Positions 27,401 through 43,000 of a DNA stretch of 64,000 nucleotides are shown piece after piece. How positions within the stretch are numbered: position 1 is the first letter of the stretch; every line of letters begins with the position of its first letter. Source of the stretch: Isurus oxyrinchus. Lineage: Eukaryota. Position numbers and translations under genes: made by a program. Location: positions 106,268,001-106,332,000 of the forward strand of contig JANJGN010000008.1 of assembly GCA_026770705.1 (NCBI GenBank). The letters are read 5' to 3'. The notes beneath the pieces were generated by a model. The model worked only from the letters and a program-made list of their open reading frames with translations, searched no databases and was not told where the DNA came from.

Positions 27401-30400
27401 CCAGACCGACTACACTCCCAAACCAGACCCAGCCCAACCACCGGCCCCAAACCCGACCTAGCCCGACTGCCCCACCAACCCGACCTAGCCCGACAACACC
27501 AGCCAAACCCAACTATCCAACAAACCTGACCCAGCTGGACTATCCCCGCCAACCCGACCGAGCCGGCCTACCCACCAAACCTTACCCAGCCAGAGTATAC
27601 CCCCTCTCGACTGAGCCCTTGTATCCCCTCAAACCTGATTCAGCCCAACTACCCGCCCAAACCAAACCCACTGCGACTATGCCCCAAATCCCCACCCAGC
27701 CCGAATACCCCCCAAACCAGACACATCCCGACTGCCCACAAACCTGAATCAGTCCAAACAACTCCCCAAACACGACCCATCTTTTATACAACACCAAACC
27801 GAACATAGCCCGACGAACCCCCCAAAAGCCCAACCAACACGACTTCACCCCTAAACCCGACCCAGCCCGACTACCCCACCAAACCCAACCTAGCCCAACT
27901 AACCCCCCAAACCCGACCCCAACCAATTACCCCCCCCAACCCCAACCTAGCTTGACTGCCCCATCTAAACCCAACACAGACCGACTAAACCCCCAAACCC
28001 GACCGAGCCCAACTACCCACCCCAAACCCGACCTGACCTGACTGCCCCACCAAACCGAACCAGCCCGACTACCCCACCCAAACCCGACCCATCCCGACTA
28101 CCCACGAAACCTGACCCAGCCGGACTATCCCCCCCAACCCAACTGAGCCCGACTACGTCCTCAAACCTGATCCAGCCTGACTACCGCACCAAATCCAACC
28201 AAGCCAGACTACACCAATGAAACCCAACCTAGCCCAACTATCCCCCCAAATGCGAGTCAGACTGACTATGGCCCCCCCAAACACAACATAGCCCCACTGA
28301 CCCCAACCCAGCCCGACTACACCCCCAAACCCAACCTAGCCCGATGCCCCCCCAACCCGACTCAGACCAACTACTCCACCCAAACCCAAGCCAGCCCGAC
28401 TACCCTCCAAAGCCTACCAGGACCAACAGCTCCCTCTAAACACGACCCACCAAATCTAACCAAGCCACACTATTCCCCCAACCCGACTGAGGAGGACTAC
28501 CCCCTCAAATCTGATCCAGCCCGACTACCCCTGCAAACCCAACCAAGCCCGATACACCAACCAATCCCAACGTAGCCTGACTACCCCCACTAAGCTCGAC
28601 TCAGACTGATTACCGCCCCCCAACCCAATTTAGCCCAACTGACCCATCTGAACCCAAACCAGCCTGAATACACCCGAAAAACCAACCTAGCCCGATTGCC
28701 CCCCAAACCGACCTAGTCCAAATACACCTCCAAACCCAACCTGGACCGACAGCCCCCTCTAAACCTGACCCAGCCCGACTACCAATTACAACACCAACTG
28801 AGCTCGACTGCACCCCCTACCTGACCATGCCTGACTACCCCACTCAAACCCGACACAGCCCGACTACCGACTAAACCTGACCCAGACCGACTAAACCCCC
28901 CAAACAGAATGAACCCGACTGCCCCTTCCAACCTGATGCTGCCCGATTACCCCCCCAAAACCGAGCTACACGAAAGCCCCCTCCAAACCCGACCCAGCCC
29001 GACTACCAGACACAAACCCAACTGAGAACTACTGCCCCCCCAACCCGACTCAGCCCGACTACTCTCCAAACCTGACCCAGCCCAACTATGCCCCCCAACC
29101 CGAACAAGCCCGAATGCCCCCTCTAAACCCAACCCAGCCCGAATAAACACCCCAAACCCGACATAGGCGGACTACACGCCCAGAACCCAATCTAGCCCGT
29201 TTGCCCCACCACAACCCGATCCAGGCCCACTATCCCCCAAAACACGACGCAGTCCGACTTACACACCCAAAGCCTGACCCAGCGCAAGAGCCCTCCCATC
29301 CTGACTGAGCCCGACTACCATCAAATCCCAACCCATCCTGACTGCCCCCAAACCTGAACCAGCACGAACAAACCCTCAAACCTCACCCAAACTGAAGAGC
29401 CCCAAGGCCGACATTGCCCAACTATCCCTCCCAAAACTCGACCAGCCGACTACCCCACAATGCTGACCAAACCCGACTACTGCCCCAAACCCAACCCAGC
29501 CCGACTATCTACCCAAACCCGACCAAACACAACTACCCCCCACAAAACCCGGCCCAGCCCGATTACGCACCAAAACTGACCCAGCCCGACTATCTGCCCC
29601 AAACCCGACCCAGCCGGTCTACCTGTCCCAAACCCAACATAGCCTGACTGCTCTCCAAAACTGACCCAGACCGACTACACAACAAGCTGCACCCAGCCTG
29701 AATATGCCCCCCAACCCGACCAATTCCAAATAACCCTTCAAACCTGATCCAGCCTGACTACACCCCCAAAACCGACCAAGCCCAAATGCCCCCTCTAAAC
29801 CTGACCCAGCCTTACTAATCCCCCAGACCTGACCCAGCCCCCTAACAAACGCAACCCCAACATAGATTGACTGCCCCATCTAAACCCTAAACAGCCCGAC
29901 AACACCCCCAAACCCGACCAAGCCCAACTACCCACCCCAGACCCGACCTAGCCTGACTGGCCCACCAACCCGAGCCAGCCCAACTACCCCAACCAAACCC
30001 GACCCATCCAAACTACCCACCAAACCTGACCCAGCCGGACTATCCTCCCCCAACCCAACTGAGCCCGACTACGCCCTCAAACCTGTTCCAGCCTGACTAC
30101 CCCATCAAATGCAGCCAAGACCAACTACACCAACCAAACCCAACCTAGCCCGTCTACCCACCCAAACTCGACTCAGACTGACTACAGCCCCCCCAAACAC
30201 AACTTAGCCCCACTGACCCCTCTGAACCCAACCCAGCCAGACTAAACCAGAAATCCCAACCTAGCCCGATGCCTCCCCAACCCGACTCAGCCCAACTACT
30301 CCACCCAAACACAAGCCAGCCCAACTACCCCCCAAACCCTACCTGGACCAACAGCCTCCCCTAAACCCGACCCATCCCGACTACCCACCAAACCTGACCC

Positions 30401-33400
30401 AGCCAGACAATCACCCCCAACCCGACCGAGGAGGACTACCCCCTCAAAACTGATCCAGCCTGACTACCTCACCAACCCCAACCAAGCCCGACTACACCAA
30501 CCAATCCCAACTTAGCCTGACTACCTCCCCTTAGCTCGACTCAGACTGACTACCTCCCCCCAAACCCAACTTAGCCCGACTGACCCATCTGAACCTAACC
30601 CAGCCCGAATACACCCACAAAACCAATCTAGCCCGACTGCCCCCCAAACCGACCTAGCCCAACTACCCCTCCTACACAAACTGGACCGACTGCCCCCTCC
30701 AACCTGATGCTGCCCGATTACCCCCCCAAAACCGAGCTACCCAAAAGACCCCTCCAAACCTAACCCAGCCCGACTACCCAACACAAACCCAACTGAGCAC
30801 GACTTCCACCCCAACCCGACTCAGCCCGACTACCCTCCAAACCTGACCCAGCCCAAATATCCCCCCCCAACCCGAACAAGCCTGAATGCCCCCTCTAAAC
30901 CCGACCCAGCCCGACTAAACACCCCAAACCCGACCCAGTCGGAGTACGAGCCCAGAACCCAATCGAGCCCAATTGCCCCACGACAACCTGATCGAGCCCC
31001 ACTATCCTCCAAAACACGACACAGTCTGACTAACAAACCCAAAGCCTGAACCAGCGCAACTGCCCCCACATCTGTACCGAGCCCGACTACCATCAAACCC
31101 AACCCATCCTGACTGCCCCCCAAACCTGAAACAGCACGGACAAACCCTCAAACCTCATGCAAACTGAAGAGCCCCAAGGCCGACATTGCCCAACGATCCC
31201 TCCCAAAACCCGACCAGCCAACTACCCCACAATGCTGACAAAACCCGTCTACTGCCCCAAACCCGACCCAGACCAACTGACCCCACAACCCAACCCAACC
31301 TGACTATCGACCCAAACCTGACCAAAACAACTACCCCCCACAAAACCGGGCCGAGCCCGATTACGCACCAATCCTGACCCAGCCCGACCACCTGCCCAAA
31401 ACCCGACCCAGCCCGACTACCCATCCCAAACCCAACATAGCCCGACTGCTCACCAAACCTGACCCAGACCGACTACACAACAAACCGCACCCAGTCCGAC
31501 TATGCTCCCCAACCCGACCAATTCCTAATAACCCCTCAAACCTGATCCAGCCTGACTACGCCCCCAAACCCGAACAAGCCCAAATGCTCCCTCTAAACCT
31601 GACCCAGCCTTCCTAACCCCCCAGACCAGACCCAGCCCCACTACCAACCCCAAATCCAACCTAGCCCGACTGCCCCCCTCAAACCCGACCCAGCCCGACA
31701 ACCTGCACCAAACTCAACCTAGGCCGACTGCCAACCCCCAAACTCAACCCAGCCCCGCTACCCACCCCAAAACCAACCTAGCCCGATTGCCTTCCCACAA
31801 CAAATCCCAGCCTGACGAACACACCCAAAACATGACCTAGCATGACTGATCCCCGAACCGACCAAGCCTGACTACCATCAAAACCCAACTCATCCCAGCA
31901 GTCCCCCCAAACCTGAACCAGCACGAACAAGCCCTCAAACACCAACCAGAAAAAATAGCCCCCAAGCCCGACATAGCCTGACTATCCCCACCAAATCCCG
32001 AGCAGCCAACTACCCCCCAATCCCGACCCAACCAGACTACCGCCCAAACCCAACCAAGCCCAACTGCCCCCCCATGACACAACACAGCCCGACTATCCAC
32101 CCAAATCCGACCAAAAACAACTACCCCCTCAAAACCCGGCCCAGCCTGACTACCCATCAAACCTGACCGAGGCCGACTATCCCCCCCAACCTGACTGAGC
32201 GTGATTGCTCCCCCAAACCCCACCCAGCCCAGTTACTTCCCAAAACCCCAGCCAGCCCGACTACCCCCCAACCCGAGCCATCCCAACTGCCCCCCAAACC
32301 GGAACAAGTCCGAACAAACACCAAACAGGACCCAGTCCGAATATAACAGCCCGAAACCCAGCATAGCCCAACTATCCATCCAAATCCGAACCAACAAGAT
32401 TACCGCCCCAAACCCGACACAGCCCAATTACTTACCAAAACCCCACCCAGCCCGACTACCTGCCCCAAACCCAACCTAGCCCGACTGCACCCCCAAACCC
32501 AACCCTGCCTTACTATCCTCCCCAAATCCAACCTAGCCCGATTGTCCCCCACAGTCCGACTCAGCCCGACTATTCCCCACAACACGACCCAGCCCGACTA
32601 ACACACCCAAAACACGACCCAGCGCAACAACCTCTCCATCCAAATCGAGCGCGACTACCACCAAAACCCAAACCATCCTGACTGCCCCCCAAACGTTAAC
32701 CAGCCCAAACAAATGCTCAAAACCCCCCAGACCGAATATCCCCCAAGCCCCACATAGCAGGAATATCCCCCCAAAAGCCGACCAGCCCGACTATCCCACC
32801 AGATCTGACCCCGCCCGACTACCCCGCCAAACACAACCTAGCCTGAAAAACCCCCCAAACCCGACCCAGACCGCTACCCCCCTCAAACCCAATCTAGCCG
32901 GACAGCCCCCCTCTAAACCCCACCCAGCGCAAATACCACTCACAAACCCAACCCAGCCAGGCTACCAACCCCAAACCCAACTGAGCCCAACTGCCCCCCC
33001 AAGTCGACCCAGCCCGACTATCCCCCCCAACCCGACTGAGCCCGACTGCCCCCTCAAACCTGATCCAGCCCGACTACGCCCCAAACCCGACCTAGCCCGA
33101 ATGCCCCCTGTAAACACCACACAGCCCGACTAGCCCCCAATAAACGACACAGCCTGACTATTCACACAACTTGACTGAGCCCGACTGCGCCCCCCAGCCC
33201 GACCCAAACCAACTGCACCCCCCAACCCGACCGAGCGTGACAACTCCCAAACCCAACCCAGCCAGACTACCCACCAACCCTGACCCAGACTGATTGCCCG
33301 TCGAACCTGATCCAGCCCAAAGACCCCACCCAAACCTGACCCAGTCTGATTATCCCCCCCAACCTGACCGAACCCAACTGACGCCCAAAACCCAACCCAG

Positions 33401-33540
33401 CCCAACTATGTCCCAAAATCCCACCCAGCCTGACTACACGCCAAACCTGATCAATCCCGACTGCCCCCAAACCTGAAAAAGTCCGAGTATACACCAAACC
33501 CGACCCAGCCCGACTACAACCCCCAAATCCGACCCAGCGC
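6500..33540. repeat. Sub-domain A of the large satellite: 28-30-bp units with (C)AAAC or ACAAC linker
   Basis: The typical unit is AAACCCGACCCAGCCCGACTACCCCCC. Recurrent variants include CCCCTCAAACCTGATCCAGC and AAATGACACAGCCCGACTATTCACACAAC. Confidence 0.8.
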
Positions 33541-36500
33541 GACTGCCCACCCCAACCTAGCCCAACAACCCGCCCCGAATCTGCCTGTCTACCACCTCCG
33601 ACTACCCACCCTGTCACAGCACGACTAGCCCCCCGATCTAACCCGACTACCCCCTGACGCAGCCCGACTACCCTCCTCGACCCTGCCCGACTACCCCCCG
33701 ACCAAGCCTGTCTACTCTCCCCGACCCAGCCGACCACGCGATGACCAAGCCCAACAACCCTCCCCGACCCATCCTGACCACACACCATGACCCAGCCCAA
33801 CTAGCCCTCCCAAACCCAACCGAGACCGACTACCATCCCCGACCAAACCTGATTACTCTCTCTGAACCAGCCCGACTATACCCCTGACTCAGCCCGACTA
33901 CCATCCCCTACACAGCCGACCACACGATGACCCAGCCCAACCACCCTCCCCGACCCATCCTGACAGCCCACCATGACCCAGCCCGACTAGCCCCGGCCCA
34001 GCCTGACTTACCTCCTGGAGACAGCCCGACTACACACTGACACATCCCGACTACCACCCCTACGCAGCCTGGCTACCCCCCCACCCAGCCCGACTACCCC
34101 CTCGACCCAGGCCAACTATCACCCCCGACCCAGCCCAACTACCATACCCGAAACAACCCAACTACCAACTCCGACCCAACACGACAAGCCTCCAAAACTG
34201 ACCCAGCCTTATTATACACCTCCAACTCAGCCCAGCCCAACCAACACACCAAATCCGACCCCAGATTGATTATCCCACAAAATGCGACCCAGCCTGAATG
34301 CCCCTCCACCCTGATCCAGCCCTACAATCCCCTCAAAACGGTACCGAGTCGGACTACTAACCCCAAACCCGACCCAAACCGACATCCCCTGCAAATCCGA
34401 CCCAGCCCGTTTACCCTCTCCAAATCTGACCCAGCCCGTCTACCCTTCCAAACTCGACCCAGCTCGACTACAACCCCAAAGTCAACCCAGCCCCACTGCC
34501 CTCCCCGATAAAGTCCGACTCCCCTCCCCAACCCAGCCCAACTGCCTTCCCCGACTCAGGCCGACCCAGCCCGACTACCTTCCCCAACTCAGCCCGACTA
34601 GCATCCCCTACATAACCTGACTCCCCTCCCCAAACCAGTCCCACTACCCTCCCCGACACAGCTGACAACCCGCTGACCCAGCCCAACAGCCATCCCGGAC
34701 CCATCCTGACCGCCCACCACGACCCAGCCTGACTCCCCATGACCCAGCCCGACAACCCCCGACACAGCCTGACTAGCGCCGTGACCCAGCCCGATTACTA
34801 CCCAACCCAGCCCGACTACCACCCCCGACCAGCACGACTATCCCCTGCCCCAGTTCGAATACCACCGCCAATCCAGCCCAACTACCAACTCCGATCCAGC
34901 ACAAATAGCCTCCAAAACCCGACCCAGCCCGACTACACGACAAAACTGACCCAGCACTATTATACCCCTCCAACGCAGCCCAGCCCAACCAACCCACGAA
35001 ACCCGACACCAGATCGACTACCCCACAAAACCCGACCCAGCCCGAATGCCCCTCCACCCTGATTCAGCCCTACTATCCCTCTAAAACATTACACAGCCTG
35101 ACTACAATCCCCAAACACGACCCAAAACACATTCCCCTGCAAATCCGACGCAACCCGTCAACCTCTCCAAATCCGAATCCAGCCCCTCCATCCCCCACCA
35201 ATCCCAACCCAGCTCGACCACAACACCAAACCCGACCCAGCCCTAATATCTCCCCAATACCGTACGCAGTCCGACTACAAACATCAAATCTGAACCAAAC
35301 CGAGTTTCCCCGAAAATCCGACCCAGCCCGACAACACCCCAAAATCCAACCCTCCATGCCTCAGAAGCTCAACCCAGCACTACTAAACTACCCAACAAAG
35401 CACGACTCCCCTCCCCAACCAAACCCAACTACCCTCCCCGATTCAAGCCGACTACCCATCCCGACCCAGCCCAACCATCCTCCCCAAACCAGCCTGACTA
35501 CCCTCCCCAACCCAGCCCAACTACCCTCGCCAAAGCAACATGTCTTCCCTCTCGAACCCAGCCCGACTGCCCTCCCCAAACCAGCCGGACTACCTACCCT
35601 GAAACTGCCCGACTACCATCCCCGACCCAGACCGACTAACTACCCCGACCAAGCCCGATTACACCCGCGACCAAGCACATTGACCCCACCCATCCAACAC
35701 GTCTTCCCTCCCCGACCCAGCCCGACTACCATTCCCGATCCAGCACGACTACCCCCAGACCTTGCCCGACTACCCTTTCTGAGCAAGCCCAACTAGCACC
35801 CAAGACCCAATCCATCTCGTCCCGCAACCAAGCCTGACTACCCTTCCCGACCCAGCCCAACTACCCCCTGAACCTGCCAGACTACCCTTCCCGACCCAAC
35901 CCGAATACCAGCCCCGACCCAATCCATCTCGCCCCGTGACCCAGCCCGACTACCCTCCCTGACCATGCCCAATCAACCCCACCAAACTGGACCCAGCCAG
36001 AATACCTCAAAAAACCAAACTCAGCCCGACTACTCCCCCAAACATTACCCAGCCCGAATATGCCACCAAACAATGACCCAGCACAACTGCCACCAAAACC
36101 TGACCCAGCCCGACTACATGCCAAAATTGAACCAGCCCTATTATAACGCTCCAGCTAGCCCCAGCCCAACCAACCAACCAAACCCGACCCCAGACCAAAT
36201 ACCCCCCAAAACATGACCCAGCCCGAACACCCCTCCAGTCCGACCTAGCCCTACTATCCCCCAAAAACCGACAACAAATGTCAAACCCGACCCAAACCGA
36301 CTTCTGCTGCGAATCCATCTCAGCCCAACTAATCCACCCAAAATCCGAACCAGCTCGAAAGCCCCCCCAAATCTGACCCAGCCCATCTACTGCCCCCAAA
36401 CGATACACAGCCTGACTACAAACACCAAACCAGATCCAAAGAGACTTCCCCCACAAATCCGATCCAGCTCACCCAAACCACAAAACCCAAACCAGCCCGA

Positions 36501-39500
36501 ATACCACCACATCCCAACCCAGACCATCTACCCCCACAAACCTGACGCTGCTCGACTATACCCCAAAACGCAACTCAGAGCGACCACCCCTCCCAAACTC
36601 AACCCAGCCCGACTCCCCTCCCCAACCCAGCCTGACTACCCTCCCCAACCCAGCCCGACTACCCTCCTCGACCCAGCCTGACTACCCACACCAACCCAGC
36701 ATGACTACCCACCCCGACTCAGCCCATCTTCCCTTCCTGACCCAGCCTGACTACCCTCCCCAACAAAGCCCGTCTACCCCCTGACACAGCTCGACTACCC
36801 CCACGACCCAGCCCGACTAACATCCCCGATCCAGCAAACTTTTCGATGGCCAGCCCAACCACCCTCCCCAACCCATCCTGACCACATCCCTCGACCCAGC
36901 CCGACTACCCCCACAGACCCTGCCGGACTAGCGCCCTCGACGCAGCCCAACTACCCCCCTCAAACCAGCTCAACTACCTCAACAAACCAAGGCCGACTAC
37001 CCGCCACAACCCAGCCCGACTATGCCCCGACACAGCCTGACTACGCACCCCAACCCAGCCCGACTACCCTCCCTGACCCAGCCTGACTACCATGCCCAAC
37101 CCAGACCAGCTATCCTCCGCGACCCAGGCTGACAACACACCCCAACACAGCCAGACTAAAACCTCTGATCCAGCCAAGCACTCCCACACCCAGCCCGACT
37201 ACACTCCCTGACCCATCCCGATAACCCCATGATACAGCCCAAATACCCTCCCCGTCCCACCCCAACTACCAGCCCATCCTGACCCAGCCTGTCTATACTC
37301 CAAAACTGACTCAGCATGACTGCAAGTGAAAACTGACCCAGCCATATTATACCCTTCCAACTCAGCCCAGCCCAAACAATCCAACAAACCTGACCCCAGA
37401 CTGAATACCCCCCAAATCCAACCCACCTCGAATACTCCTCCAGCCTGACCCAGCCTTACTATCCCCCCAAATCACAACGCACAAACCCCAAATCTGTCCC
37501 AAAATGCCTTCCCCCGCAAATCAGCCCCAGCCTGACTACACCTCAAAACCCGACCCAGCCCGAATATCCCCACAGCCCAACACTGCCCGAATACCCCCCC
37601 ACTGCACAGCCTGACTACACCCCTCAAACCAGCCAAATTTCCCACCCCCACCCAGCCCGAATAACTCCCAAACTGAGCACAACTACTCTCCCCGACACAG
37701 CCCGACTCCACAGCCCAATCTAGCCCAACTACCCTCCCCGACCAAGGCCGACAACCAACCCCGACCGAGCGCGACTACCCTCCCCAAGCCAGCCTGACTA
37801 CCCTCCCTGACACAGCCAAACTCCCCTCACCAACACAGCCCAACTACCCTCACCAGCGCAGCCTGTCTTCCCTCTCGAACCCAGCACGACTGTCCTCCCC
37901 ATTCCAGCCTGACTACCCACCCTGAACCTGCCCGACTACCATCCCCGACCCAGCCCAACTAACTACCCCGACCTACCCCGACTACACCCCCGACCAAGCA
38001 CAATGACCTCCCCCCATCCAGCATGTCTTCCCTCCCCGACCCAGCCCGACTGTCCTTCCCAACCCAGCCCAACTACTCCCAGACCTTGCTCGACTATCCT
38101 TCCTGACCCAGCCCGACTACCACCCATGACCCAATCCATCTCGCCACGCGACCTAGCACGACTATCCTTCCCGACCCAGCCCGACTACCGCCAGACCCTG
38201 CCAGACTACCCTTCCCGACCCAGCCCGACTACCAGCCCTGACCCAGTCCATCTCTCCCCGCGACCCAGCCCGACTACCCTCCCTGACCATGCCCAATCAA
38301 CCCCACCAAACTGGACCCAGCCAGACTACCTCCCAAAACCCGACTCAGCCCGACTACTCCCCCAAACATTACCCAGCCTCAATACGTCCCCAAACAATGA
38401 CCCAGCACGACACTCCCCAAAAACCGACCCAGCTCGACTACATGCCAAAATTGAACCAGCCCTATTATAACGCTCCAACTCACCCAAGCCCAACCAACCC
38501 ACCAAGCCCGATCCCAGACCGAATACCCCCCAAAACACGACCCAGCCCGAACACCCCTCCAGACCGACCTAGCCCTACTATCCCCCCAAAACTGACAACA
38601 AATGCCGAACACGACCCAAACCAACTTCCACCGTGAATCCGAAGCAGCCTGCCTACTCCACCCATATTCCAAACCAGCTTGAATACCCCCCAAATATGAC
38701 CCAGCCCATTTACCCCACAATGCTGAGCAAACCCGTCTACTGCCCCAAACCCGACCCACCCCCAAACCGTACACAGCTCGACTACAAAACCCAAACCCGA
38801 CACAAAGAGACTTCCCCCACAATTCCGACCCAGCTCAACCAAACCACGAAACCCAACCCAGCCCGAATGCCACCACATCCCAACCCAGCCCTTCTACCCC
38901 CACAAACCTGACGCTGCTCGACTATACCCCAAAACGCAACCCAGCCCGACCACCCCACCCAAACTCAACCCAGCCCGACTCCCCTCCCCAACCCAGCCTG
39001 ACTACCGTCCCCGACCCAGCCCGATGACCGTCCCCGACCCAGCCTGACTACCCACACCGACCCAGCCTGACTAACCACCCCAACTCAGCCCGTCTTCACT
39101 CCCTGACCCAGCCTAACTACCCTCCCCAACCCAGCCAGTCTACCCCCTGACACAGCGTGACTACCCCCACGACCCAGCATGACTACCCTCCCCGATCCAG
39201 CCGACTATTCGATGACCAGCTAAACCACCCTCCCCAATCCATCCTGACCAGACCCCTAGACCCAGCCTTACTACCCCCACAGACCCTGCCAAACTACACA
39301 TCCCAACACAGCGCATTTTCCCTCCCCAACCCAGCCCGACTACAAACCCCGACACAGCCAGACTAAAACCCCCGATCCAGCCGAGCAGCCCCCCACTCAG
39401 CCCGACTAAACTCCCACCCATCCCGATTACCCCATGACGCAGCCCGACTACCCTCCCCGACCCAACCCAACTACCAGCCCATCCTGACCCAGCCCGTCTA

Positions 39501-40070
39501 CACCCCAAAACTGACTCAGCCTGACTACACATGAAAACTGACCTAGCCCTATTATACCCCTCCAACTCAGCCCAGCCCAACTAATCCAACAAACCTGACC
39601 CCAGACAGAATACCTCCCAAACCCAAACCAACGCGATCGCCCCTCCAGCCTGACCCAGCCTTACTATACCTCCAAATCACTACCGAACACGACCACAAAT
39701 CCCAAACCTATCCCAAAACGACTTCCCTCGCAAGTCAGCCCCAGTTCGATTAGACCCCAAAACCCGACGCAGCCCGATATCCCCACAACCAACACTGCCC
39801 GAATACCCCCCGACACAGCCTAACTACACCCCTCAACCCAGCCCAACTACCCACCCCGACCCAGCCAGACTAACCTCCCGAACCAAGCATGACAACACTC
39901 CCCGACACAGCCGAACTCCCCTCCCCAATCCAGCCCGACGAACCTCCCCAACCCAGGCAGACTGGCCACCCCGGCCCAGCCCGTCTACGCACCCAACCCA
40001 GCCCGACTACTCTCACCTATGCAGCCTATCTACCTTTCCCGACCCCGCCCTTCTTCCCGCCCTGACCCAG
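30690..40070 (+). repeat. Copy 1 of a ~9.4-kb tandem higher-order duplication
   Basis: Distinctive variants recur at offsets of about 9.34-9.48 kb: AACCTGATGCTGCC 30701/40142; CCTACAATCCCCTCAAAAC 34321/43708; AAAATCCAACCCTCCATGCCTCA 35341/44722; GACCATGCCCAATCAACCCC 35961/45441; TGCAAGTGAAAACTGA 37321/46700. Confidence 0.88.
33540..40070. repeat. Sub-domain B (first block): ~24-bp units CCCGACCCAGCCCGACTACCCTCC interleaved with a recurring TATTATA-marked cassette
   Basis: The AAAC linker is lost from about 33550. The cassette AAAACTGACCCAGCCCTATTATACCCCTCCAACTCAGCCCAGCCCAAC appears from 34195. Confidence 0.75.
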
Positions 40071-43000
40071 CCCGACTACCCACTAAACCTGACCTAGACT
40101 AACTAGCCCCTCCAACCCGAACGAGCCCGACTGCCCTCTCCAACCTGATGCTGCCTGATTACTCCCCCAAAACCGAGCTACCCAAAAGCCCCCTCCAAAC
40201 CCAACCCACCCCGACTACCCAACACAAACCCAACTGAGCACGACTGCCCCCCCAACCCGAATCAGCCCGACTACCCTCCAAACCTGACCCAGCCCAACTA
40301 TCCCCCCCAACTCGAAAAAGCCCGAATGCCCCCTCTAAATCCGACACCGCCCGACTAAACACCCCAAACCCGACCCAGCCGGACTACGAGCCCGGAACCC
40401 AATCTAGCCCGATTGCCCCACCACAACCTGATCCAGCCCCACTATCCTCCAAAACACGACGCAGTCCGACTAACAAACCCAAAGCCTGACCCGGCGCAAC
40501 TGCCCCCCCATCCCTACTGAGCCCGACTACCATCAAAACCCAACCCATCCTGACTGCCCCCCAAACCTGAACCAGCACGAACAAACCCTCAAACCTCACC
40601 CAAACTGAAGAGCCCCAAGGCCGACATTGCCCAACTATCCCTCCCAAAACCCGACCAGCCGACTACTCCACAATGCTGACCAAACCCGTCTACTGCCCCA
40701 AACCCGACCCAGACCAACTGCCCCCCTCAACCCAACCCAGCCCGACTATCTACCCAAACCCAACCAAACACAACTACCCCCCACAAAACCCGGCCCAGCC
40801 TGATTATGCACCAAACCTGACACAGCCCGACTATCTGCCCCAAACCCGACCCAGCCCGACTGCCCATCCCAAACTCAACATAGCCTGACTGCTCACCAAA
40901 CCTGACCCAGACCGACTACTCAACAAATTGCACCCAGTCCGACTATGCCCCCAAACCCGACCAATTCCTAATAACCCCTCAAACCTGATCCAGCCTGACT
41001 ACGCCCCCAAACCAGACCAAGCCCAAATGCTCCCTCTAAACCTGACCCAGCCCTACTAACCCCCCAGACCAGACCCATCCCCACTACCAAACCCAAATCC
41101 AACCTAGCCCGACTGCTCCCCTCAAACCCGACCCAGCCTGACTAACTGCACCAAACTCAACCTAGGCCGACTGCCACCCCAAACTCAACCCAGCCCCGCT
41201 ACCCAAACCACAACCAACCTAGCCCGATTGCCTTCCCACAACAAAACCCAGCCTGACTAACAAACCCAAAACCCGACCTAGCGTGACTGCCCCCTCATCC
41301 CGACCAAGCCCGACTACCATCAAAACCCAACTCATCCCAGCAGCCCCCAAGACCTGAACCAGCACGAACAAGCCCTCAAACACCAACCAGAAAAAATAGC
41401 CCCCAAGCCCGACATAGCCTGACTATCCCCACCAAATCCCGAGAAGGCAACTACCCCCCAATCCCGACCCAACCAGACTATCGCCCAAACCCAACCAAGC
41501 CCAAAAGCCCCCCCAAGTCACGACCCAGCCCAACAATCCACCCAAACCCGACCAAACACAACTACCCCCTCAAAACCCAGCCCAGCCTGACTACCCACAA
41601 AACCTGACCGAGGCCGACTATCCCACCCAACCCGACCGAGCCTGATTGCTCCCCCAAACCCCACCCAGCCCAACTACTTCCCAAAACCCCACCCAGCCCA
41701 ACTACCCCCCAACCCGAACCATCCCGACTGACCCCAAACCTTAAAAAGTCCGAACAAACACCAAACCGGATCCAGCCCGAATATAACACGAAACCCAGCA
41801 TAGCCCAACTATCCATCCAAATCCAAACCAACAAGATTACCGCCCCAAACCCGACACAGCCCAATTACTTCCCAAAACCCCACCCAGCCCAACTACCTGC
41901 CCCAAACCCAACCTAGCCCAACTGCACCCCCAAACCCAACCCTGCCTTACTATCCTCCCCAAATCCAACCTAGTCCGATTGCCCCCCAAAGTTCGACTCA
42001 GCCTGACTATTCCCCACAACACGACCCAGCCCGAATAACACACCCAAAACACGACCCAGCGTGACTACCTCTCCATCCAAATCGAGCGCGACTACCACCA
42101 AAACCCAAACCAACCCGACTGCCCCCCAAACCTTAACCAGCCCAAACAAACGCTCAAACCCCCCCCAGACCGAATAGCCCCCAAGCCCCACATAGCAGGA
42201 ATATCCCCCCCAAAAGCCGACCAGCCCGACTACCCCACCAAAGCTGACCCCGCCCGACTACCACGCCAAACACAACCTAGCCTGAAAAACCCCCCAAACC
42301 CGACCCAGACCGTTACCCCCTCAAACCCAATCTAGCCGTACAGCCCCTTCTAAAGCCAACCCAGCCCAACTACCACCCAAAACCCAACCCAGACAGGCTA
42401 CCAACCCCAAACCCAACTGAGCCCAACTGCCCCCCCAACCCGACCCAGCCTGACTATCCCCCCCAACCTGACCGAGCCCGACTGCCCCCTCAAACCTGAT
42501 CCAGCCCGACTATGCCCCAAACCCAACCTAGCCCGAATGCCCCCTGTAAACCTGACCCAGCCCGACTACCACCCAATAAATGACATAGCCTGACTATTCA
42601 CGCAACCCGACCGAGCGTGACAACTCTCAAACCCAACCCAGCCAGACTACCCACCAAACCTGAACCAAACCAACTGCCCGCCGAACCCAATCAAGCCCGA
42701 AGACCCCACCCAAACCCGACCCAGCCCGATTATCCCCCCCAACCCGACCGAGCCCAACTGCCCCCCCAAACACAACCCAGCCCAACTATATCCCAAAACC
42801 CCACCCAGCCTGACTACACCCCAAACCCGATCCATCCCGACTGCCCCCCAAAACTGAAAAAGTCAGAGCATACACTAAACCCGACCCAGCCTGACTCAAC
42901 CCCCAAATCCGACCCAGCGTGACTGCCCACCGCAACGTAGCCCAACTACCCGCCCCGAACCTGCCCGACTACCACCCCCGATCCACCCCGACTACCCACC

